DNA of 63,879 nt, counting the filler, from Stramenopiles sp. TOSAG23-6 (taxonomy: Eukaryota), in NCBI GenBank assembly GCA_900128565.1. It is 3 parts of 3 records of this genome, joined end to end, with 100 filler letters (N's around TTAATTAATTAA, not from the genome) between each part and the next. Parts side by side here need not be neighbours in the genome. Positions count along the whole stretch, not along the records: positions 45,386 to 63,879 come from LT636061.1; 2 more parts are not named here. One strand, given 5' to 3'. Below, one piece after another: positions 54,554 through 63,879 of this stretch. The first letter of the stretch is position 1. Every line of letters begins with the position of its first letter. Position numbers and translations under genes: made by a program. The notes under the pieces were generated by a model. It was not told the DNA's origin, ran no database searches, and was given only the letters and a program-made list of their open reading frames with translations.

Positions 54554-57500
54554 ATGACAAAATTATCTATATTACTTTTCATGCTTTTTTCGTATATGAT
54601 GAATGCAACTAGTACTGTGAGTCCGAATATATTTTTCGTTCATACGAGTAAAGAGACTGTACCATCTGATATTATTCTCTGTAGTGTTGAAAGTGCATTA
54701 GTTCAATACCCAAATGCCTCTGTTCATATTTTCTCAAACTCATGGGAATTTGATGCGTTTCATCACCTTATAGGTAATAAAGTAACTCATAGTCAACGCA
54801 TTCAGGTCCGTCGATTCAAGTATGAAATTGAATTTCTTGGAACGCCATTTTCAGATTGGTTTGCTTCAGGGCTTTGGCGTGATGGTTTTTTGGAGCATAA
54901 TTTATCAGACGCTCTTCGCTTATCAATATTATACAAGTATGGTGGTTCATACTTTGATACAGACATATTACATGTACGTAGTTTATCATTATTTAGTAAT
55001 GTGCTCACTTTGGAAACAAACGTTAATATAAATAATGCTGTATTACGTTTTTCAAAAGGACATTGGTTTGTTTGGGAACTCATGACAAAATTTGTACAAC
55101 GTCACTCAGGACAAAAATGGGGAAGTGGAGGTCCAAAATTAGTGACTTATTTATGGAAAGAACATCGTCATATCATTGATAATACAAAAGATGACGAATG
55201 GGTTACTCTTCCACCTGATGCATTTTATCCTATTTCATTTATGTTTTCATTATGAATGTCGAAATTTAAAATTTTCAATTATGACTGTCGAAATTTGAAA
55301 TTTCGTTTTTTTATTTTACATTTCGTACCTAACAAATTTTGAATGTCCATTTCTTTTTTTACATTACATGGGATGCAACAAATGTTTTATTTGTACAACC
55401 AAAATCATATAATGATGAAAGAAAAAAAATTGATAAAGAAAAAAAAAATAATTTAAATAATTTAAATAATTTAAATGATGATAATGATGAATTGATTGCG
55501 TTTGAAAAATATGAAATAATAATGAAATCTACATATGGCTTACATTTGTGGAACAGTTTAACACATGGCCAGTTTCCATATACAAAAGTCTCTTCATTGT
55601 TAGGTATTGTAATGAAACAGGTTTGTCCGAAAACATCCTATACTTTTTTTTCTCAACAAATTCGAAATTCGTCAAGTACAAAATTTTCAATGAAAAAAAT
55701 AAAACAATTTGAATATAAAACAAAAATTATTGAACCTGTTGTTGGAAAACAATACGTTGGTGCTGTCATTAATGTATTAATTAAAGTAGTTCAAATATTA
55801 AAAATCGATGAAGAAAGAAATTCAAAAAATTCAAAAAAGGAAAATAATCAAAAGAATCAAAAGAATACTACTCTTTGCATTTCAGTGGGTACTGAGTACA
55901 CGAAATGCATACCTTTGTCGCAAAATCAACAAACACAAATGATTTCTTTACAAATATATGATTTGTTACCGGGTCACCATGTTTGTATAGTTTGGGTTGA
56001 GACTGAAAAAAAAATTATTCTAAGTGAAAAAAGCTTTGCTGCATTTAATTTTAATTTTCATTCTGTTGCAAAAAATAGAATAAATACAATAAAAAATGAT
56101 ACAATAAAAAATGATACAATAAACAATGATACAATAAACAATGATACAATAAAAAATAATACACTAAATACAAGATCTATTCAATATCATAAAAAGTATG
56201 AATTATGTCGATTTTTATCATTATGTGATTCATTAGGCTCAACACATTCATATTTATATTGGAATGAAAGTGGAAATGAATTTAGTTCTAGAATATTAGA
56301 TGTACGTTATTGTATATCATTTTTTAATATCATTTTTTAACATCATTTATTTTCAATGTAAATATATTGTTTATATTGTTTATATTGTTTATATCTAACA
56401 AAATATAATGTTTCAAATACTTTCCAAATATATATAAAACATGTCAAACATGTAATCATCTATGTCATATAGAAGAAACATATAAACATAATAAAGATGA
56501 ATTAGAATCTTTTGCTAATCGTCAACGTCGGATTCGATCTTTTCATAAATTAGAAATTGAAAATTTTATGTCTTTATCCATACCTAGTAACAATTGGCAA
56601 TGTGAACGTATCATTCAAAATCTAGATACAAAATCGTCTACTAAAAAAATAGAGACAAAAAATGAAATTGAAATAAATCTTTTTTTTATCGGTTATATTG
56701 ATGATTTATCATGTACAACACCAAAAATAATAACTGCAATAGTACCTCAAAATGTAACATCGACAACGAATTTATTAGGTAATAAAATTAATACAGATTC
56801 AGGACATCTAAATGATTATAATTGTAATGATTTTGATACTTGTGCTAATGAAATTCCAAAATATACTATGCAAAACAGGAAAGAATTTGAGTATTATATA
56901 CGAAATAATGCTTTTTTTAATCAAAAAGATCAAAACAATAATTTTAAATTTTGTGCAGATGTTTGGATGGTAAGTCACTCTGAATTGATTGATGTTTTTA
57001 ATATATTTGAATTAAGAGAAATGTTGACCACCACCTTCAATACTACCAATATTGATACTGAAAGTCAACAACAACGAAAAAAGACGAAATTTGGTAAAAA
57101 AAAAATCAGTTCAGTGGCAACATTTGAATTTGATTTGTGGAAAAGTATTGAGTATGTTTTTATCTTTTATTTTTTTTGTTTTTATCTTTTATTTTCGAGT
57201 ATTGTATAGTATGTATATCATTCATGTGTTTTTTCAAATGTTTCAAATATATTTCACAATAAAACATTGATACAACATTTGATACACATAAAAAAAGACA
57301 AATGGCAGATCTAGTCACACAAAATATTTTTGAGATATTAACCGACAATGGAATTTTATGTATTTTACATGAACATCCAACTATTATACATTGGATTGAA
57401 ACTGTCATTTTAGATCATTCATTTGTTATTGTAAAAGACATTGATGATGAATCAGTGATGAAATGTTCTGTTTTAGTAAATTCACTATATGATGAAAGCT

Positions 57501-60500
57501 CAGCTCAATGGGGGGTCACAATGAAGAAAATATTGAATACACGAAATCCTTTATTTTCTACAACGTTTATAAAAAAAACAAAACAAACAAAACAGACAAA
57601 ACAAACAAAAATTGGTCGTTATCATAAACGATTGAAAATACATAATCATCAAAATATTATTTTGAATACTACTACAACAATACCCGATACAAAAAATAAT
57701 GAAACTCAAGTTTTTGTAATCAATCTTGATCGACGACCTGACAGATGGATTGAAATGTCAAATAAATTACATGAAAATAATTTTAGTATGAAAAATGTCA
57801 TACGAATTTCTGCAGTAGATGGACATTTGCTCGATATGACGTCATCACGAATTCAAAAACTGTTTCAATCTCAAAATAAACATAATAAAAGATGGACTGC
57901 GCCCTATGGAGGACATAAAATGAATCGAGGTGCAATTGGTTGTGCTTTGAGTCACTATATATTATGGAATACATTGTCTTCTATTTCACCTCAACTACCA
58001 AATATTGGTACAGATAGTTTTTGGTTAGTTTTGGAAGATGATATTTATTTTTCACCACAATTTTCATCTCGTTGGAATGAAATTATAGAAAAGGTGAAAA
58101 ATGATTCGTCTTGGGGACTTTTGTATTTAGGGTTTACAGACTATCATGTAAGTCTTTTTTAGTATGAATTTTAATACGTTTTTTAGTATGAATTTTAATA
58201 CGTTTTTTAGTATGAATTTTAATTTTTGTTTTTGATACAATGTTTATTTATTATTTTTACAATTTTGACTTTTTGTTTTTGTTTATTTGAAATTGTTTTT
58301 CATGTACAATTTCATACCTAACACATTTCAAATTTAATATATATATTAATTATTACATGGAAAATCGAATATTTATGGTGATACAAATGCGTATCATAAC
58401 TTTCCATATATAAAACAATTTAGTGATGTTCCAAGAAGTACTGGCGGTGGAACATTTGGATATGCGATACGTCAAAACGCTGCTGAAATGTTAGTTCAAT
58501 CTGCGAACAAGAATGTAAGTTTTATAATTTACATGTTTTATTATTTCAAAAAAAAAAATAGTATTATTATGATTTAAAAAAATAGAATAGTATATTATTA
58601 TTATTTCAAACAATATAGAATAGTATATATATATATTCTAAAAAACAACAAATTTGACATATTCTTTTTACCTACATGGGATAATAGATCCAATTGATTT
58701 TTTTATGATTGAACATTTCGGTGATATAAAATCTTATATTTGTACTCCTCCACTAGTAACTGCAGATTGGATACTTCAAAAACCAAATACTGATAGCGAT
58801 ATTTCAAGCAATGATGGTGGTGAAGCACAAAAAAAGGAGAATCCTACATCTACAAAAACAAATGAGTCTATCAAAATCAACATAGAGAAAAGAAAAAATA
58901 CACGAAATATTCAACTTGAAATGCAATATTTAGAAACTTTATTAGACTTTATACCACCTGAAAATGAAATTGCTGTAGCATTTCAATATACAAATTATCA
59001 AAATGAACAATTGAATAATTTTCCAATACAATTAAAAATTAAACAACCACAAAATGGTGATTATACAGGGATAAATTTTATTGTCAAGGCAGATGTAGGT
59101 TTTGAATTTCAAATTTATTTTTTGAATACGATATTTCATACATATATTTTTTTTAATATTTTCTACATTTTCAATGTTTACTTTGATTTTTTTGAATACG
59201 ATATTTTGTTTGTTTTGTACAAAATAATATACCAAACAAAAAAAATACACGAAATATCCCATCAATATACATATAATAATAAAAAATCAAGAGGAATCTT
59301 TTCAATATTTACCGAGAAATTGGCAGGAATTGGCTAGAGTTTGCATTGGTGTTGAAAGTCCATTTTTTGCTCCATCTCGTAGCAAATTTTTGGGATGTAG
59401 GTTTATTTTTTTTTTGTTGAATTTCAATTTTTTTGTTTTTCCTTTGAAAATTCTATGAAATTTTATTATGATGTTTTGTTCTAAATTTCAAATTTTTGGA
59501 ATATTTTCAACTGTATTTGTACAAAACTGAATTTACCTGTTTTAACTGTCACTAGCATGCCATATGGTCGATCAATGGTTCGATTTTGGATGCAATTAGA
59601 ATTTGAAGATGTGGTACGTTTGTACAATTAAATTTATTAATTTTATTTTTTTTTGTCATGAAAAATTTGTACCTAACAAAAAAAAATTGACTGTAAAATA
59701 TTTTTCCAAAATGTATAATAACGTATATGCAGCTACAATTCAACAAGTTTCGGCTATATCTTCTGTATATGTTCATGTGACACCACTCCACAATCATCGT
59801 TTGGCTGTAGAAGTAGATACAATACAAATTCGAAATTCGTTTGGTACAAAAGTACTAGCAAAGAACCCTAACCCTATTGAATCGAAATCGAATTTGAGTA
59901 GTATAAAACAAAAAAAAAAGGAAAAAACATCTTCAAATATTTTTATGAATAAGACATGTCTTGATGGGTTACCTGAAAAGTTGCAGTATAGTTACATTCT
60001 AGCAAAACAAAAATTTCAAACACAAGAAAACCCTAACCCTAGTTTTGCAATTGGCATTTTAATGAATAGAGGTGAAAAATCATTTAGAGATGCACTGGAG
60101 TCTTGGTATATCTCTGGATTATTAGATATGGCATCACAACGCTTATTATTCATACAAGAATACAATGGAAAATATGATACGCGTCTTTTACATTTACATA
60201 GACCTTTTCATGAATATAAAATTACTGTTGTATCTGTTGACAAACCTGAAAATGCTACACAAATTGGAATTTCTGGTGGAATTTTGAAATTATTAAAGAC
60301 TGTTGATTTGAGTATTGACTCATTTTTATTTTTAGAAGAAGATTGGATAATACACCCAATTGTATCAAATAATTTGGTACAAAAACAAATTGAAACTTCG
60401 TTACAATTGTTACAAAGTGGTAAAAGTGACGTCATTCGGCTTCGCAATAGAGAATTACCGGGTAACCCACATTGTTCCTCTGTGTGGAAAGGATACGAAA

Positions 60501-61009
60501 AAAACGTGTTACAGATGATCACACCAAATATAGCGAATCATACCGTTCTTGAATCAATATTTTGGAGTAATAATATTACTGAAATATTCCCTGATATAGT
60601 GTGGAATTGTACATGTTCTAATCAGGTACCAAAAAATTATACATATTCGAGTTTTCCAGGCGAAACTATCAAAGATAATGAAAAATATGTATGTACAACA
60701 TCACCGTATGCTGCATGGAGTAACAATCCATTTTTAGCTCGAATCCCTTGGTTATTATGTAACATTGTTCCTATACTAACTTTTGATTTTGAAGTGTACA
60801 AAAAATGGCCTCAGCAACACACGAAAAAACGCAGGGGGGATAAAGGAATTTTAGAGCCAGCAATAAATCTTTCACCATTTTTATGGGATGATCGCAAATA
60901 CTTGATATCGCATGGGAGAGGCATTTTTACGCACAATGACATTGATCGCAATATTACTTTACAATCACCATGTGCTGCATTTGAAACAATGAATATAATA
61001 CATGTATAA
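54554..61009 (+). CDS. Multi-domain glycosyltransferase (GT32-like + GT25-like + third GT-like domain), about 9 exons
   Basis: Exons 54554-55238, 55370-56301, ~56436-57151, ~57268-58147, 58359-58514, 58678-59094, 59273-~59396, ~59517-59613, 59717-61009. GT32: SDALRL.ILYKYGG.YFDTD, FYPISW, LHLWN. GT25: VINLDRRPDRW, AVDG, GAIGCALSH, LEDD, GTFGY. Third domain: FLFLEEDW. Confidence 0.72.
55239..55369 (+). other. Family intron with TT donor (TT-AT), 131 nt
   Basis: TCAT|TTATGT...TTTCGTACCTAAC...TACATTACAT|GG; restores FYPISW. Confidence 0.7.
56302..56435 (+). other. GT-AT intron, about 134 nt
   Basis: GAT|GTACGT...TATCTAAC...CCAAATATATAT|AAA; phase 0; 3' end uncertain by a few nt. Confidence 0.6.
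57152..57267 (+). other. Non-AG intron; 3' end at 57267 (CAT) or 57264 (AAA)
   Basis: GA|GTATGT...TTCACAATAAAACAT|T; phase 2. Confidence 0.55.
58148..58358 (+). other. GT-AT intron, 211 nt
   Basis: CAT|GTAAGT...AATTTCATACCTAAC...TATTACAT|GGA; opens the exon with GT25 motif GTFGY; has an internal triple tandem repeat. Confidence 0.8.
58515..58677 (+). other. GT-AT intron, 163 nt, degenerate
   Basis: AAT|GTAAGT...TTACCTACAT|GGG; phase 0, joins to GIIDPID. Confidence 0.72.
59095..59272 (+). other. GT-AT intron, 178 nt, degenerate
   Basis: GAT|GTAGGT...ATACCAAAC...CAATATACAT|ATA; opens a stop-free exon. Confidence 0.62.
59397..59516 (+). other. Non-AG intron, boundaries ambiguous
   Basis: Donor at 59397 (GTAGGT) or 59401 (GTTTAT); T-rich body; likely end CAACTGTAT. 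Confidence 0.45.
59614..59716 (+). other. GT-AT intron, 103 nt, no junction redundancy
   Basis: GTG|GTACGT...AATTTGTACCTAAC...CCAAAATGTAT|AAT; phase 0. Confidence 0.75.
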
Positions 61010-61115
61010 TTTTTTGCTGTCAATTTATTTTTTTTGATAAAATCAAGATAATAAATTATAATTTCATTGAATCTTATATCCGAATCATGTCTTTTGGCAT
61101 GTCTAAGAGAATACT

Positions 61116-63155
61116 TCACCATCCGAGTGAATGAATAGCAGGATTGTCTTGGGTTCCGTTTACATAATCTCCAGTAATGTCACCAAACATAGACATGTCC
61201 TTTGCTTCTCGAATGGAATTCTCAACCACTTGTTGTTCGACTTTAACTTCAACATTACTGCCATCTCCCTCGTGCGCCTTCTCAATCGCACTTTTCAATT
61301 CTTTCTGTTCGGTAACATAATCCTTTGTGATTTTTTCAGCAATTTCCCATTCATTTCCTTGTATCGTATCGAAATCTGCAGACTGGATCGCGATGGCCAC
61401 ATTCATGGCCACTGTCAACATTTCACTTGGTAGCCGTAATCTTTTTTCCTGCGCAATACGGAGACCATCACCACGATTAATTTGCCGTATGTGACCAATA
61501 ATAGTTACATCACGAGATCTTAAGCCATGATCTTGATACCATTTCAAGTCTTCCTTGACAATATTTTGGACGTGCGTCTTCTGATCATCGTCTGCTTCAT
61601 TTGCATCATACCATTTACCACTGTAATCAGCATTAATCTTTTTAAATTCTCTTTTGTAATCTTGTTCTCTCTCACGTTTCTTTTCTTCGTATTCACCAGT
61701 TTGCGTATTTGCAGCTTCAGATAAAATTTCTTCAACTTTTTTGGTAATGTATAATTTTTGCTCCTCATTTTCATAAATTCCCTTGATAACATCTTGATCT
61801 GGCATATTTTTCGAAACATTTAGAACTTTATCAATTGTGGAATAATAACTACCATCCAGTTTGTACGACGTAGTTTTTACACCATCTTTAGCTTCAAAAA
61901 TCGTTAAATAGTACATGGACGAAAATGTGCTCTGGTTGTGAACAATACTATCCCACACCATACTCTCTCGATCTTTCATTTGCTTACAGTAGTTCTTTGA
62001 TTCCATTACACATTGGTTCGTATCGATATTACTGTTACTTGCTTGGACCAATAGACGTTCCTTGGAACATTTGGTCGGCCAGTCCAAACAACTACAGCAA
62101 TGAAGCAAATCATCCTTTGTAGGTTTCTCCATATATCCCAAGTTTTCAAGGCAGATATTGTAAAAATTGGGACATAGCTCTTTCGCGTGAATGAGCTGCT
62201 CTTTTGTCTGACTTTCAAGTGCCTGCTCTGTGTTTTCCCTCAGTTTTTTTAAATCCGACTGTAATTTTTCAGACTGCTGCGTCCTATCATTATCCTTCAA
62301 ATTTTGCATGTATACGTCAAACTGATAAATTTGTTTTTTCAAAGCATAATCCTCTTCTTTGAGTACCTCCTCAGCAATTTGTACTTTATCAGCTCTTTTT
62401 TTTATAACCTGAATAACAGCTTCCAGGTCAGTCTTCTGAGCTTCTGCCACACCCTTTAATTGTTCAAGATATTCTTTTCGACCTTTAATTCCTTCGGCAG
62501 TAGGTGCACATTTTAACGCGTGCTTCGCATTATTCTCCTCAGGCTTTTTCTTATCTGGCCATTTTGTTTCAAATGTTTTATCCAGAACCTTTTTAATTTT
62601 TTCTTTGACTCCTTTTAGTTTGTTATCCATATCCTCTAACGTTGATGCGTTAAATGGTGAAGCCAATAAAAGGTCACAACGTTTGTCTTCATTTCCAGAA
62701 GCCTTTTTTTCACAGCAAGCACTCTTGTTGTCTTGTACAACTTCACCAAACTTTCGTTCAGGTTGATCTCTTGCTCTACAAACATATGAGCAACGGACGT
62801 GTTTACGCGAGAGATATGATAGCCCCCGAAGAGGTCTGAATTCGCTCTTCTTGTCGTCGCCCAAAATATTTTCGAACTTTTTTTCGAGTTCTTGAGTTTC
62901 TTTTTTCTCGTGTAGCGTAACTAGATGTGCATCATTATATTCTTGCATATATGCTGTCGTATCAAAACTTCCATATTCACAATATACGCACTCAGTTTGA
63001 TCCTTATTGCACTCTTCTTTAGTCGTATGTCTTTTACATTTCGCGTCAATTTCTCTTTTCTGTGCGTCAAGTATAATTACGTTTTTTACAGCAGTATCTG
63101 CTAGAGAAAAAGCAATAACATTGAAGAACACAAGACATTTGTACAGTGTAGTCAT
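61116..63155 (-). CDS. Secreted-looking Cys-containing coiled-coil protein
   Basis: LYKCLVFFNVIAFSLA signal-like segment; Cys clusters; E/K-rich helices; intronless; start inferred. Confidence 0.7.
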   Translation of the reverse strand: MTTLYKCLVFFNVIAFSLADTAVKNVIILDAQKREIDAKCKRHTTKEECNKDQTECVYCEYGSFDTTAYMQEYNDAHLVTLHEKKETQELEKKFENILGDDKKSEFRPLRGLSYLSRKHVRCSYVCRARDQPERKFGEVVQDNKSACCEKKASGNEDKRCDLLLASPFNASTLEDMDNKLKGVKEKIKKVLDKTFETKWPDKKKPEENNAKHALKCAPTAEGIKGRKEYLEQLKGVAEAQKTDLEAVIQVIKKRADKVQIAEEVLKEEDYALKKQIYQFDVYMQNLKDNDRTQQSEKLQSDLKKLRENTEQALESQTKEQLIHAKELCPNFYNICLENLGYMEKPTKDDLLHCCSCLDWPTKCSKERLLVQASNSNIDTNQCVMESKNYCKQMKDRESMVWDSIVHNQSTFSSMYYLTIFEAKDGVKTTSYKLDGSYYSTIDKVLNVSKNMPDQDVIKGIYENEEQKLYITKKVEEILSEAANTQTGEYEEKKREREQDYKREFKKINADYSGKWYDANEADDDQKTHVQNIVKEDLKWYQDHGLRSRDVTIIGHIRQINRGDGLRIAQEKRLRLPSEMLTVAMNVAIAIQSADFDTIQGNEWEIAEKITKDYVTEQKELKSAIEKAHEGDGSNVEVKVEQQVVENSIREAKDMSMFGDITGDYVNGTQDNPAIHSLGW

Positions 63156-63747
63156 ACAATTTGATCCTCTCATTGACTTTGTCATTTCTTGCAATAAGAA
63201 AACTCGTCGCCGAACTTTTACAACGTTCCTCAGTGCGAAGAGTCGTATCCAATGTGAAGATTCGTATCCAAGAAATTTTTATTGAAATTTTCAAAATTTC
63301 GAAAAAAAGTTGAGCGTTTTTATTTTTGAAAAAAAAAATCTTCTTAACTCCACGAAATCTGATGAATTATATTAACGAAAAAAAAGAGAGAAATTTGAAA
63401 TTTCTTTTCAAATTCAAAATGGAAAGGGAAAAACGAAACAAAAAAAAAACAGGTTTTGATTAATTTTAGTCTCTCTCTGTATTCTCTCTGTATAACTCTT
63501 TTGTTTGATGAACCATCGAACTTTGATATTTAAACTCATGTAACATCTTCCAAATATAAAATCATGAATTAACCAAGGAAAATTACTTGAGCTACTCAGC
63601 AAAGTCTCAAACTTTATTGAAAACATAATCTTCTTAAGAACAGTTTTCGTTCGAAATAAAGAAGCTGTTCGATTAAAAAAGTATTTGAATATGAAGCGAT
63701 AGATATTCATTCGTGCGCTTATAGAAATGACTTTTTAGATATACTGA

Positions 63748-63860
63748 AGAGACTTTCGTAGATGCGCTGTATAACCAAACCCAAGAGTCTTTCGTAAATG
63801 CGATATATAACAAAACCCAAGAGACTTCCGTAGATGCGCTATATAACCAAATCCAAGAGA
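63748..63860. repeat. Three-copy 36-nt tandem repeat
   Basis: Unit AAGAGACTTTCGTAGATGCGCTGTATAACCAAACCC with substitutions. Confidence 0.8.
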
Positions 63861-63879
63861 AAACGAGAGTCTTTCAAAG

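Noticed and set aside
726-59716. U12-type AT-AC introns
   Set aside because: Many junctions can slide to AT...AC because of the AT repeat, but 1965, 17638, 52782, 53667 and 59614 cannot, and the U12 donor ATATCCTT is absent.
1-63879. Alternative genetic code
   Set aside because: Long conserved ORFs are uninterrupted under the standard code and end at TAA or TGA; frame breaks are explained by introns.
1-63879. Autonomous transposase or reverse transcriptase for the intron family; tRNA, rRNA or snRNA genes
   Set aside because: None recognised by eye; a covariance-model and profile search would be needed to exclude them.

Overview
AT-rich, gene-dense genomic DNA from a microbial eukaryote (standard genetic code; lineage cannot be fixed from sequence alone). 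It carries about 30 protein-coding genes and two artificial N/TTAATTAATTAA contig linkers. Housekeeping genes include UTP10/HEATR1, SmB, PCID2, a DDX3-like helicase, glucosamine-6-phosphate deaminase, mitochondrial phosphate carrier and BCAT. Also present are a Cu/Zn-SOD-like protein, an HTTM/gamma-carboxylase-like protein, an Sfi1-like protein and a multi-domain glycosyltransferase. The main discovery is the intron system. I rebuilt reading frames by hand and assigned 3' ends to 24 introns; 20 end in AT, 1 in AC and only 3 in AG. The complete ones are 92-211 nt long. Most begin GTAYGT or GTAAGT, follow an exonic AT, and share a (TTCGTACGAAA)TTTTGTACCTAAC motif about 31-44 nt before an (A)ATAYAT 3' end. 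Several are near-identical across unrelated genes on both strands, which suggests an introner-like family that spreads non-canonical GT-AT introns. Secondary signals: intronless secreted-looking proteins with F-box-like + LRR/RCC1, ankyrin or NLS + RVxF modules (effector-like), and short TTAGGG tracts scattered through intergenic, intronic and coding DNA. All splice calls are inferred from genomic sequence and protein conservation and need RNA confirmation.
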